A DNA stretch of 55,925 bases from an uncultured archaeon (GTDB lineage Archaea > Asgardarchaeota > Lokiarchaeia > Sigyniarchaeales > SOKP01). The stretch spans positions 1 through 55,925 of the forward strand of contig CAYLZE010000022.1 of the NCBI GenBank assembly GCA_964388035.1, given 5' to 3'. This document shows, in pieces, positions 10,989-21,766 of the stretch (position 1 is the stretch's first letter; the number at the start of each line of letters is the position of its first letter). The position numbers and the translations under genes are program-made. Under the pieces are notes generated by a model. That model was not told the origin of the DNA. It saw only the letters and a program-made list of their open reading frames with translations, and did not search any database.

Positions 10989-11813
10989 CTAAATATATTT
11001 ATCTTTCACTTTTGACATTAAGATTGGTGTGCTAATATCTATATCATGTTTAATACATGTATCTAACACTGCCTTATGTAATTCAGAGTCAATATATGGG
11101 ATATTTTTATAATCATTTACATAAACATAAACATGATATTCCACAGCATAATTTTGAAAATTAGTGATCCAAACATATGGTTTGGGCTCTTTTAAAACAG
11201 CGGGGACAAGTGCAACGGCTTCTAATAATGCTTCCTCCACCTTTTCTCGTCTTTCGCTGAATCCTGGTGTTATCGATACATTTCTTCTAATATGCTCAGA
11301 TTTATGGAAATTCTGTATATCTTCTTGAAGTAAGGTTTGATTAGGGACATAGATCCGAATGTTATCAAGTGTTTTTAATACAGTATATATTAACTTTATA
11401 TCATCAACATCAGCGATATTGTCTTTAAATACTATACGATCTCCGATAATAAATGGTCTACTGGTCATGATGATAACACCTGCAATGACGTTTCCGAGTG
11501 TATTTATTGCTGCAAATCCGATAATTGTTCCTCCCATTAATGTTATAAGACCACTTATAAGCCCAATTGTTTGGATGAATGCAAGCATTATTGCGCTGAA
11601 AATTATTAACACCATCACTATTTTAATAATTTTCAATATATTAATGCCGATTTTTTGGTCCAACTTCCCGTGTTTAGTCAAACGTTTAATTTGTTTTTTA
11701 ATTAATATATAGATAAAATATCCCACAATAACCGTTAAGACAACAATTACAATCTGTATTAAGTTTGCGGTGATCCATTGAAAGATCACATCAACCATCG
11801 ATTGAATTAACAA
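10989..11813 (-). CDS. mscS: Small-conductance mechanosensitive channel (MscS family)
   Basis: 3 TM, IGFA, RPFIIGDRI, VPN motifs. Confidence 0.88.
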   Translation of the reverse strand: MLIQSMVDVIFQWITANLIQIVIVVLTVIVGYFIYILIKKQIKRLTKHGKLDQKIGINILKIIKIVMVLIIFSAIMLAFIQTIGLISGLITLMGGTIIGFAAINTLGNVIAGVIIMTSRPFIIGDRIVFKDNIADVDDIKLIYTVLKTLDNIRIYVPNQTLLQEDIQNFHKSEHIRRNVSITPGFSERREKVEEALLEAVALVPAVLKEPKPYVWITNFQNYAVEYHVYVYVNDYKNIPYIDSELHKAVLDTCIKHDIDISTPILMSKVKDKYI

Positions 11814-12078
11814 ATTTCTTTTACCTCTATTATAATTAAATAAAAAATTGATATGAAAAATTCATTCTCTTATACTACAATGACTTTTTTAAAATTATGG
11901 ATTATATTTAATAAATATATTAAATTTAAAAAAAAAATAAAGAACTCAAATTCGTTTTATTATGTAATCAAGAAAATATATTTTCCAATATCATTAAGAA
12001 ATTAAATCATAGAGAGTTTTTTGCAAAAATTTAGATTCTATTAAATAACCAATTAGATAGGAAAATTAAACTAACAAA

Positions 12079-13077
12079 TCATCCTATAACTATTTTTTCT
12101 TCTTTAAGTTTGTTTTTAAGAGTATTTCCTTCATAATTGACCAGGATAATTCCAATGATTACCAGTAATAATGAAATTGGATAGATAATAATATCAAAGA
12201 TTTCTTTTAAGAACCATGCTGAGAGAAGCACTCCAAACAAAGGCACTAATGTTTGAAAGATCGCTGCTTTACTCGCATCTAATCGCTTGATCCCTTCCAA
12301 ATAAAATGTATAAGCCCCAACAGTTGATATAAAAGCTAAGTAGGCTACACCTAACCAGATACGCGATGGTATCGTAGCATAAGAGAGGGGATTAATATAT
12401 TCTGGACTTAGAATTAACGCAATTGGAGTGGTAATGAGAAATCCAAGGAAGGAAACCCAAGTTATTATCCAAAGAGAACTTGGTTGATAAGAGTCTACGC
12501 TGTTTTTGGTGCTTAGCATAAAAAATCTTGAAGCAACACTGTAGGAACCATATGCGAAAGCTCCTATCAATACTAAAATATCTCCAAGAATTCTATTTGG
12601 AACATTTAAATTTGGAGAAAATCCAACCACTAAAATTACAGCAAAAAAAGCTAAAATCGCTCCAAGCACTTTCTGTTTCGCAATCTTTTTATCTAAAAAT
12701 ATGCTGGAGAGGATAATAACCCAAATTGCATTAGTTGCTACCAAAATGCTGGCATCGCTTGCTGCAGTGTAAAACTCTCCAAAAAGATACCCTATTTGGT
12801 ATATGGTCACCGATGTTACCGCCATGAATGTTAAAATTTTCCAATGGCGTTTAGCCAAATTAAAATTAAGTGTCTTTTCTCGATATTTTAGAATTATAAA
12901 AAAACATGTTATGGCAAAAAAATAACGCAGTACTGCAATCATCATTGGGGGAATTGTTTCTCCTCCAACTTCCTCTGATACCAACCACCTTCCGAGAGGC
13001 CATGTCCCACCCCAAATGAGAGCAGTAAGAAGCAGTAAACTATAAGCGATTATTTTATTCCTTTTTTCTATTTCCAT
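12079..13077 (-). CDS. EamA/DMT family transporter
   Basis: IWGGTWP, two 5-TM repeats, LVPLFGVLLS. Confidence 0.9.
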   Translation of the reverse strand: MEIEKRNKIIAYSLLLLTALIWGGTWPLGRWLVSEEVGGETIPPMMIAVLRYFFAITCFFIILKYREKTLNFNLAKRHWKILTFMAVTSVTIYQIGYLFGEFYTAASDASILVATNAIWVIILSSIFLDKKIAKQKVLGAILAFFAVILVVGFSPNLNVPNRILGDILVLIGAFAYGSYSVASRFFMLSTKNSVDSYQPSSLWIITWVSFLGFLITTPIALILSPEYINPLSYATIPSRIWLGVAYLAFISTVGAYTFYLEGIKRLDASKAAIFQTLVPLFGVLLSAWFLKEIFDIIIYPISLLLVIIGIILVNYEGNTLKNKLKEEKIVIG

Positions 13078-13200
13078 GGATAATTAAAAATAATATTATA
13101 TTTGTTATAATGTATTTCATAAAAATAATACATTAATAGGAATAAAAAAAGAGGTTCATACTCTCTTAAAAAAAGAATCCAAAATTATAGTTGAAAATTC

Positions 13201-13246
13201 GAGCCCTCTTGGAGTTTTTACTTTAAGTTATTCTTTTGGAGGGCTC
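13201..13246. other. GC-rich inverted repeat GAGCCCTC...GAGGGCTC between the GH15 3' end and the EamA start
   Basis: 8-bp perfect arms at 13201-13208 and 13239-13246. Confidence 0.4.
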
Positions 13247-13383
13247 TAACTAAAGTGCTGTCAGGTAAATGGGATAAGCAAGGGAATAATAGAATTCTTT
13301 CAATCAGGATAAGACTTTTAACTCTATTCTTTTAATTGAATAAATGAGCATAAAATTGGATTTAACTCATTCCTTTTACAATG

Positions 13384-15816
13384 TCATGTTAATATGCCAA
13401 GTTCTTTTTTCTGGGGTTCTTTAATTTCGATTTCAAAATTTCTATTTTCCCATTTCTTTGAATTAATCCAGTAAAATGTGAATCCAACTTTGGTTCCTTC
13501 CTCTAAATCATCTATAGGCAAATCCGCATAATAAATCCCCAATTTTGAATCAATAGTCTCAATTTCTTGAGTAGCGTCCCAATTATCTTTCGTCCAACGG
13601 ATCGAAGCTGGAGATAATAATTCAATTCGCAATTGATTTCCAGTCAAAATTTGCTTGCTCTTATGGTTATAACTCCATTTTGAAAGATTCGATGACATTT
13701 TTTTCTCTAAATAACGTCGTCTTGTTTGATTTGGCATATCAAATATACTATGTTCATTGAGAGAATGCAATAATTTAATATATTCCGCATGAGCCCATAC
13801 CAAGGGCATTGCCGAGCCAGTTGGATGGCCATTTATGAGATTTTTTTCAGGAATATCTTTTGAATCCCAGATTTGCTCTGAAATTAGTCCTCCTGGACCA
13901 GACTGCTTTTCCATTACCCGACATAACCTTCTTGCTTCATTCATATTACCTTTAGCAATCTCATAATGAGCGCGTTCCCCCACTAAAAGAGGCCATCCAC
14001 GACCAATTCCAGTGCCATCAAATGGATCTCCATTTTCATGTTCGCCGTACCCATCTTCGTTATAACGATACCAAACTGGACCATTATTTGTTTCTGTTTT
14101 TAGCATGGAATCAATTAATTTTACGGTATTAACAATCCTTGGATCATTTGCACTTCGTAATCCGAATCTCACTAATGCTAAAGCATCGGGACTAACAATA
14201 TTTTCAAATAAAAATTTACTTTGACTGGGAGGACGATTTTTAATCGGAACATAACCATTTAATGGAGAAGCAGCATCTGAAATATTTTTTGGACCAATTC
14301 TTACATAATATCCTTCGATGTTTAATTTTTTCGAGATTTCCGTATCGGTAATATAGGTCCATTGCTCTATTTTTGAATTCCACATATCAGCAGTCTCCGT
14401 TAAAAACTGGGCAATCTCAGATTCTCCAGCTTCTTGAGCGAAATCTGCAGCAGCTAAAAGGGCAGCAATTTCAACTGCAAGTGTGAAGGGAGAATATCCC
14501 CCATCCTCTTCCCAACGGTCTTCTTGGGACACGGGACCATTCCTTACTAAAAAGCTTGCTGCTTTCTTTACCATGGGCCATACATGGGGATTATCTAATT
14601 CATTTGCTTGTATTAAAGCGTTAGCAAGTAGTATGGGAAAGGCTGTTTCATCCATTTGTATACCTTGCCAATAAATTGTACCATCCAACCACATGTTTTG
14701 TGGCCAGTGTCCATCTTCTTCTTGGGTACTCATTAAATAATCGAGGATTTGTTTAGCTGAAGTGAAATCTCCCGCTGCCAGAAGGCCGCCTGCGGCCTCA
14801 ACCAAGTCACGAGGCCAAATCAAATGATATCCCCCTAAATCGTTATCACTTTTTGAAAAGCCCCATGGTATCGATAAACTTGCGATTATACCATCACTAA
14901 AGCGTTTATCCATATGAGTCTTTAACACTGCAGTGCTAATTCTATAGTAATCAATACCATTGCCACTTAAACTGTTTAAATCTAAACACTCGTTTTGGAA
15001 TTCTTCCCAGGACTTTTTATATTGAGATAACATGTGGTCAAAATTTTTATTTAAAGTATTTCGTGCCAATTGACCTGCTTCGGCAGCATTGTTTCCAAAA
15101 GCCAAAGCCAAAGTAAATTCTCCGTTTGAAGTTGAGAGGTCTATTTCACCAGTTAATTCGATATTTCCATTTGAAATCTTTGAATAAAAATTAGTTAACT
15201 TTTTATTTTGCTTGATATCTTGCCATCCATCACTGGTGCCAACGTAACCACAACTCATGTTTATGAAAGGATTTGAACACGCAAGAGCTAGGGAAATATC
15301 ATCGCGTTGAGCAAACATCATGGGTACTCCTTTATAATCCCCTATCCATCCATTATTCCCATAGCCACAGTTTTTTATATGTGGGGTTAATATAACATGT
15401 AAATGATACTTTTTCCGCTCTTCTTTTAGAGATTTAAATTTAACTCTTTGAATCAACACGTCTCTTCTAGGATCTGTCAATATAGTTTTTTCTATTTCAA
15501 AGGAGCTACTTTTTGAAGTGTTAATAACATGAAATGCAGGAACACCTTGTTCTACTTGAGAGATTTCATGATTACAATCTCCTTTTTCTTCCTCAAAAAA
15601 ATCATCTTCTCTCGAAATCACCAGTTGGATATCCTTTATATTAGCTTGATCGATCCTAGGGTAATAAATTTCAGTAACAATTCCATTCGAAATCGTAAAC
15701 CATAGTCGACTACCCATGGAAATAGAAGTACCCACTCCATCTTTAGCACTTGAAGTCCAATTAGGCTTTGCACCCGGGTTTCCCGGGGGATTTATATTAT
15801 TTGTCATTTTATTCAT
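13384..15816 (-). CDS. GH15 glucoamylase/glucodextranase
   Basis: Glucodextranase N-domain (TEIYYPRID), GGYHLIWPRD, DRWEE, SEQIW, SAMPLVWAHAEY. Confidence 0.93.
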   Translation of the reverse strand: MNKMTNNINPPGNPGAKPNWTSSAKDGVGTSISMGSRLWFTISNGIVTEIYYPRIDQANIKDIQLVISREDDFFEEEKGDCNHEISQVEQGVPAFHVINTSKSSSFEIEKTILTDPRRDVLIQRVKFKSLKEERKKYHLHVILTPHIKNCGYGNNGWIGDYKGVPMMFAQRDDISLALACSNPFINMSCGYVGTSDGWQDIKQNKKLTNFYSKISNGNIELTGEIDLSTSNGEFTLALAFGNNAAEAGQLARNTLNKNFDHMLSQYKKSWEEFQNECLDLNSLSGNGIDYYRISTAVLKTHMDKRFSDGIIASLSIPWGFSKSDNDLGGYHLIWPRDLVEAAGGLLAAGDFTSAKQILDYLMSTQEEDGHWPQNMWLDGTIYWQGIQMDETAFPILLANALIQANELDNPHVWPMVKKAASFLVRNGPVSQEDRWEEDGGYSPFTLAVEIAALLAAADFAQEAGESEIAQFLTETADMWNSKIEQWTYITDTEISKKLNIEGYYVRIGPKNISDAASPLNGYVPIKNRPPSQSKFLFENIVSPDALALVRFGLRSANDPRIVNTVKLIDSMLKTETNNGPVWYRYNEDGYGEHENGDPFDGTGIGRGWPLLVGERAHYEIAKGNMNEARRLCRVMEKQSGPGGLISEQIWDSKDIPEKNLINGHPTGSAMPLVWAHAEYIKLLHSLNEHSIFDMPNQTRRRYLEKKMSSNLSKWSYNHKSKQILTGNQLRIELLSPASIRWTKDNWDATQEIETIDSKLGIYYADLPIDDLEEGTKVGFTFYWINSKKWENRNFEIEIKEPQKKELGILT

Positions 15817-15825
15817 CTTTTTTTT

Positions 15826-17211
15826 TTATTTTCCTAATTCAAGAGGATGTTTTCTTTTACGCCAATGTTCTTCTATTTCTTCTAAAGTTCGGTTTTTTGT
15901 TTCAGGAACATAATAAAAGGTAAAAAGGAATCCTAATAATCCTATTCCAGCAAAAAGCCAAAAAGTACCGGATTTCCCTATTGATCCAATCAATAAGAGA
16001 AAGGTTAAAGAAATGATCAGATTTGAGCCCCAATTTGCTTCCGTTACTATGCTCATCGCCGTTCCTCGAATCTTTAAAGGATAAATTTCTGATATTAGTA
16101 GCCAAAATACGGGACCTAATCCAATAGCAAAGAAAGCGATATATAGCATGAGAAAAGTTGCAGCTAAAGGACCGATTACAGATATTAGACTTGGTAAGAA
16201 GAAAGCAATTCCTAGTAATATTAATGTTGCAGACATTCCTGCCAAACCGAGTAAAAGCAAGGGACGTCGTCCTACTTTATCCAGCAGTTTTAGAGCTACG
16301 GCCGTCATCCCAACATTTACAAGACCAACTCCAACAGTAGCAAATATGGCTGCTGAGGATGATTCGAAACCTGCATATTGGAAAATAGTGGGTGCATAAT
16401 ATATTACAGTATTTATGCCTGTTACTTGTTGAAATATTGCTAATGCTACTCCAATTATTAACGCAGGTTTATTCTTAGAATTTAATAACTCGGATATACC
16501 CCCTTTTTCTTTTTCCAAACTCGTTTGAATTCCATTTACTTCATCTTCCACATTAGTCTTATTCCTGACTCTTTGCAACACCTTTCGCCCATCTTCAATA
16601 TCTCCATGATCAATTAACCATCGTGGACTTTCGGGAAGAAATAGCATGCCAATAAGCAACGCTATGCCAGGAATCGCAGCTAACCCAAACATGTATCGCC
16701 ACCCTTGTATTGGTGAAAAAGCATAATCAACCAGGTAAGAAATGACAATACCGATGGTGATGGCCAATTGATTAAAGGAGACTAATGCTCCTCGAATTTT
16801 AGGAGGAGCATCTTCTGATATAAATAAAGGAGCCGTGAAGGATGCTATGCCAATAGCTATCCCTACTATTATCCTGCCAATGCTTAAGACAATTATAGTT
16901 GGTGCAACTGCTGTAAAGATAGCCCCGAAAATGAAAATTATTGAAGCGAAAATGATTACTTTTTTTCTCCCAAAGCGATCTGCCAAATACCCTCCTATTA
17001 ATGCTCCAATTACTGCTCCTATTAAAACAGCACTCACAATAAATCCTGTTAAAAAAGAGGATAGATTATATTGCGTTTTAATGAAAAGAATTGCTCCGGA
17101 TATGACTCCCGTATCAAAGCCAAAGAGCATCCCGCTTATGCCCGAAATAATAGCAATAAAATAAACAAATGTATTATTTCCCTCTTGATTAGAAGAAGTA
17201 TTATTTTGCAT
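15826..17211 (-). CDS. Sugar porter MFS (GalP/AraE-like)
   Basis: FGFDTGVISGA, DRFGRK, PESPRWL, QQVTGIN, PETK. Confidence 0.95.
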   Translation of the reverse strand: MQNNTSSNQEGNNTFVYFIAIISGISGMLFGFDTGVISGAILFIKTQYNLSSFLTGFIVSAVLIGAVIGALIGGYLADRFGRKKVIIFASIIFIFGAIFTAVAPTIIVLSIGRIIVGIAIGIASFTAPLFISEDAPPKIRGALVSFNQLAITIGIVISYLVDYAFSPIQGWRYMFGLAAIPGIALLIGMLFLPESPRWLIDHGDIEDGRKVLQRVRNKTNVEDEVNGIQTSLEKEKGGISELLNSKNKPALIIGVALAIFQQVTGINTVIYYAPTIFQYAGFESSSAAIFATVGVGLVNVGMTAVALKLLDKVGRRPLLLLGLAGMSATLILLGIAFFLPSLISVIGPLAATFLMLYIAFFAIGLGPVFWLLISEIYPLKIRGTAMSIVTEANWGSNLIISLTFLLLIGSIGKSGTFWLFAGIGLLGFLFTFYYVPETKNRTLEEIEEHWRKRKHPLELGK

Positions 17212-17584
17212 TGAATACCATCTTTATTTTAGTAATGATTTCTAAAAGGTAGTATTCCAAATTTGATTATATTTCAAGTGCTTATAAATTATTTAATTTA
17301 AATAATGAAAAATAGTTAAGAATAAAAGAAAATTTTCGATTTTTAATTCAACTTTTAAAGTTATAATTGCTTTTTAGACGCCTTTTATATCTTGAAGGAT
17401 TTACTCAGAGATCATGTTTTTAAGTAATCTCCACTACTTAGACTCTATTGGATCTTTATAAAGGTAATATATTATTCGGGTATTAATTACTCATCATGGT
17501 AATACTTTCCAAGACTTGAATCCAATTAATCTTTTATCCTAAAGAATAGCTCGAACGAAAAGATCGTAGAAATTTTCTCGTGTT

Positions 17585-18322
17585 CTATAGGTTTGATGCT
17601 ACTTGAGATGTTTCTCCATAATAAGCAGGAGGCTTATTTTTGTAATTAAAGTATAAATATAAGACTAAAACTAGTGTAAACACGGCTAATACAATTTCTC
17701 CTAAAATCACATTCACATAGTAGAATACCATTATACCAAAAAAATCGAAACTGAAATGAAGCAAAATTGCTCCCAGCAACCAAACATTATTATCTTCTTT
17801 AATGCATTTATACACAAAAAAAGCCATCGCGGTGTGAAAAGGAATGACAATTAATCTTTCAATAGCTCCTAATATTGCAATAGGATTAGAAAAATCCGTG
17901 AATAAATAAGGAATAAGGTTTAAAGTATGTATAACGAATGCTTCTCCAATACCCCATCCTAAGCCCAAGGACATCAGTTGGATATTATTTTTAGAAGTAA
18001 GTTTAATTTTCTTTATCGCAAGGAAGCGAAAAGACTCTTCAAATAATCCGGCCATCGATGAGCTGAAAGCAATGTACCATGGGGAATATGCAACTAGTAA
18101 AAGTTCTTGAGTTTGGATAGTTTCAATGGGTTCGGGATAAAATGGCAGGTATAATACAATTTGCAAGAGTGGTGAACGGAGCAGGTATGCTATGAACCAA
18201 AAAACACCACCGATTAAAAATGCAAGCCAAGCTTTTGCTCGCGATCTCGTATAAATAATGAAGAAAATTAAATAGGGTAAAATTGCGAGTAAAATAACAA
18301 ATAATATAAAATAATTTATCAC
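17585..18322 (-). CDS. YhfC/PrsW-type intramembrane glutamic protease, copy A
   Basis: AGLFEESFR, GWGIGEA, AIER, FH..., LLH motifs. Confidence 0.82.
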   Translation of the reverse strand: MINYFILFVILLAILPYLIFFIIYTRSRAKAWLAFLIGGVFWFIAYLLRSPLLQIVLYLPFYPEPIETIQTQELLLVAYSPWYIAFSSSMAGLFEESFRFLAIKKIKLTSKNNIQLMSLGLGWGIGEAFVIHTLNLIPYLFTDFSNPIAILGAIERLIVIPFHTAMAFFVYKCIKEDNNVWLLGAILLHFSFDFFGIMVFYYVNVILGEIVLAVFTLVLVLYLYFNYKNKPPAYYGETSQVASNL

Positions 18323-18593
18323 GATATCACTTGGTTAAAAAATGTCAATAATATTTAATTAAAAACAAAATAATCGAGCATATAAAGTTACTCATCTTAA
18401 ATGCTTCAAACAGATCTGATTTTCATTTATAAAAATAACAATTTATTAAAAACAAGTAAACCTTCAGAAGAATTGGTTGACTTTGATGTCAATAAACCAT
18501 ATTAAAAAGAAAAATTCTTCATAAATTATAAAATTCTATTATTATAAGGGAAAAAAGTGAGAAAAAAAATGGATTCATAAAATTCTTTAAAAT

Positions 18594-19325
18594 TTATTCT
18601 TTCGCAGATTCCTTAGGTTCTTCTTGATAAGTTGGAGGATTCTTTTTATAATCTCTTGATAAGTAATAGACAAGGATAATAGTCATTATCGCAACAACAA
18701 TTTCTCCCAGTATTAGACTAACATAATATATAATCAAGACACTAATATAATCATATGCAAAATGAATTAAAATAGCCCCAATTAGGTAAAGATCATTTTT
18801 GTCCTTTACGCACTTATAAATGAAGAACGCCATTGATGTATGAAAAGTTATTGCGATCAATCGTTCAATTGCTCCAATTAAAATGATAGGATCTGAAATA
18901 TTAGCAGATAAATAAGGAATCATTGCTATAACGTATACTTCAATTGCCTCTCCTATGCCCCATCCAATCCCAAAACTCATAATCTGCTTACTATTCCTCG
19001 AATTAAATTTTATTTTCGTAACACCCAGGAAGCGAAACGATTCTTCAAAAATACCTGCCATTGCTGAACTTATGGCAAGATACCACGGAGAATAGATTAA
19101 ACTGTTAAGGGCTGCAGGTGGGATATTTTGTGGAGGTTGAGGATAAAATGGGAGATACAATATGGCTTGCAATATTGGAGTCCTGAGTAATGCGGCGACG
19201 AACCATAATAAACCTCCGATTATAAATGCCAGCCAAGCTCTTAAACTCGATCTCGTATAAATTATGAAGAAAATAAGATAGGGTAAAATAGCTAACAATA
19301 TAGCGAATAATACCAAATAATTCAT
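18594..19325 (-). CDS. YhfC/PrsW-type intramembrane glutamic protease, copy B (tandem paralog)
   Basis: Same motifs; shares ILLAILPYLIFFIIYTRS with copy A. Confidence 0.82.
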   Translation of the reverse strand: MNYLVLFAILLAILPYLIFFIIYTRSSLRAWLAFIIGGLLWFVAALLRTPILQAILYLPFYPQPPQNIPPAALNSLIYSPWYLAISSAMAGIFEESFRFLGVTKIKFNSRNSKQIMSFGIGWGIGEAIEVYVIAMIPYLSANISDPIILIGAIERLIAITFHTSMAFFIYKCVKDKNDLYLIGAILIHFAYDYISVLIIYYVSLILGEIVVAIMTIILVYYLSRDYKKNPPTYQEEPKESAKE

Positions 19326-19664
19326 TGTAATTTCACGTTTTATATGTATAAGGTAATCTTATTTTAATTTTAAAATAAAGCCCTATTTAAACTTGCATAT
19401 AAAAAAAAATAATTTATATAAGTATATAGCTGCTTATTGAATTAGAAGGCATATAATTAAGATTTTTGATGTTAAGGAAATTTAGGCCATAATTAGTATA
19501 AGTCTTTTAGATCATTGTTTAAAAAGCTAAGGAAAAGTATTTGATCGCAATTCTAATTATCCCTCTTTTTTTGATATTTAGTCGTACCTAAAACTTAAAT
19601 ATTACCATTTCTTGTTATATATTATTAAATCATAACCCATAAATAAGCAAGTGCGCGTTGAAAG

Positions 19665-20177
19665 ATGGATTTTATTATTTACCTTATATTTCATGGATTT
19701 ATTTTTGCTGGTATTTTAACAAGTTATCTCCTTGCCACAATGATCTTATTTTCACCCAGAATTTGGGGGATGAGTGATTATCCAAAATCTATAACGGAAA
19801 AAGTTCCACCTCAGACAAGGCATGAAAAAAGAAGGGCGGCAATATTATTCATTCCTTTTTTAATTATAGGACTTGGATACCCGATTTTTTCTACATTATT
19901 ACTGGAAATCAAAATGGGGGGAAATTTTACTATTTTTATTGCTTTTATAAACATTTTTGGGATCTTGATGTTTGGTAACATAGCAGATTTTCTTATTTTA
20001 GACCTTTTAATTGTAGGAACTATTACACCTAGATTCGTTATTCTCCCCGGCACTGAAGATCTAAAAGAGACGGAATATAAAGAATTTAGAAAGTATCATG
20101 CGAAAGGGCATGTAAAGGGTACGTTATTCATGGCAGGAGCAAGTTTCCTAATAGCACTATTAATTGTAGTTCTTTAG
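19665..20177 (+). CDS. Conserved 4-TM membrane protein
   Basis: Hydrophobic helices; DYP and PxFVILPGTE..Y motifs. Confidence 0.7.
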   Translation: MDFIIYLIFHGFIFAGILTSYLLATMILFSPRIWGMSDYPKSITEKVPPQTRHEKRRAAILFIPFLIIGLGYPIFSTLLLEIKMGGNFTIFIAFINIFGILMFGNIADFLILDLLIVGTITPRFVILPGTEDLKETEYKEFRKYHAKGHVKGTLFMAGASFLIALLIVVL

Positions 20178-20412
20178 TTTTCAAAACAGTTCTTAAATAA
20201 ATTATAGTATATCTCTGCATTATCAGAAATAATTGATTTTATACAAAATTCCCTATAGTTGTTCTAATTTAATTTAGAGTTCGATAATTAATTGAATATA
20301 AGAAAAGAGTTAATAACACGGATAATCAGTTTTTTGACCGCAATACATTTAATAAATCTTAATAATAAATATATGAGAAAAGTATTTTTAAATCCAATTT
20401 GCGGGAAGAATA

Positions 20413-21264
20413 GTGAGAGAATTTAAGAATAAAGTCGCAGTTATTACAGGAGCAGCTAGTGGAATAGGAAAAGCTTTAGCTCTGCGATCTTTTAAAGAAG
20501 GAATGAAAGTTGTTATCGCCGATATTGAATCAGAATGTTTAAATCAAGTAAAGGATGAAATGGAAAGAGAAGGAGCTTCCGTATTATCAGTTGTAACAGA
20601 TGTTTCGAAATACAAAGATGTACAGTTTCTGGCAAACAAAACCGTGAAAGAATTTGGTGCAGTCCATCTTCTATTTAATAATGCAGGCGTAGCTTCTGGG
20701 GTTCCTATCCTATACTTAACTTTAAAGGATTGGGAATGGATTCTTCGGGTAAATCTATTCGGAGTCATACACGGAATTCATGCCTTTTTGCCTATCATGC
20801 AAGCACAAGATGTAGAATGTCATATTGTCAATACCTCGTCAGTTTTTGGGATTATTCCAGGAGGTGGCGCATATGGGGTAAGTAAATATGGTATAACCGC
20901 ACTTACTGAAAATTTATATGAAGAACTAAAAGTTACGAAATCTAAAATAAGAATTTCAGTTCTCTTACCTAGCGCAGTTAATACTAATATCCTACATAGT
21001 GAAAGAAATAGATGTGAAGAATTTAAAAACGATCCGAGCGAAGAGCTCATGGATCCAGAGGTAAAGGCCTGGTTGGAAGAAAATCAAGCAAATTATGAAC
21101 TTATTTTTAAAAAGGGGATGAATCCAGATATAGTAGTAGATATTGTCTTTCAAGGTATAAAAGAACAGAGATTTTATATTTTTACTGATAAATTAATAAA
21201 AATGGTAATTAAAAAACGAGATAGGCAAATTTTAAAGGATTTAGATGAGACTCCTTCTCAATAA
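20413..21264 (+). CDS. Short-chain dehydrogenase/reductase
   Basis: TGAASGIG, NNAG, YGVSK. Confidence 0.93.
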   Translation: MREFKNKVAVITGAASGIGKALALRSFKEGMKVVIADIESECLNQVKDEMEREGASVLSVVTDVSKYKDVQFLANKTVKEFGAVHLLFNNAGVASGVPILYLTLKDWEWILRVNLFGVIHGIHAFLPIMQAQDVECHIVNTSSVFGIIPGGGAYGVSKYGITALTENLYEELKVTKSKIRISVLLPSAVNTNILHSERNRCEEFKNDPSEELMDPEVKAWLEENQANYELIFKKGMNPDIVVDIVFQGIKEQRFYIFTDKLIKMVIKKRDRQILKDLDETPSQ

Positions 21265-21469
21265 TATTTCATGTTAAAAAATTTCTCATCTTAAGGATTT
21301 TATTTCGATTCATTTCAATTAATCCCGGTTTTACAAAATTATCTATATTTTTCTTAAAATTCAGATAGAATCACCTTTTTTCTTTATAAATACCTATTGT
21401 TAAAATTTTATAATTTAGAAAATTGGAACAGACAAGTATTTTAAAATCTATCTCAAATTAAAGTAAAGT

Positions 21470-21766
21470 ATGATCACACTGGAAAAAATGAGTATTTATC
21501 CAACTAATAATAGTAATATCTTATTTCAAGAATATCCCAACGGTCAGAATGCAATATACATTCAAAATGGCAGGGGAGAGCCACTTACAGAGCTTAGTTT
21601 TCAACACAATGCCATTGAACTTAGTCCCGATGAGGTAATTATTAGGAATACTACTGAAAATGTTCACATTATTAGATATTTGTTGAATTTAGGGTTAATA
21701 GAATTTACTAATCGATATGTAATGATTGGTCCCTACTTATGCCCCATTTGCCACATTTCCCCCTGA
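21470..21766 (+). CDS. Small hypothetical protein, DUF4313-like
   Basis: YPNG..AI....GEP..LS, DEVII, LGLIEFT.R....G...CP pattern. Confidence 0.55.
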   Translation: MITLEKMSIYPTNNSNILFQEYPNGQNAIYIQNGRGEPLTELSFQHNAIELSPDEVIIRNTTENVHIIRYLLNLGLIEFTNRYVMIGPYLCPICHISP

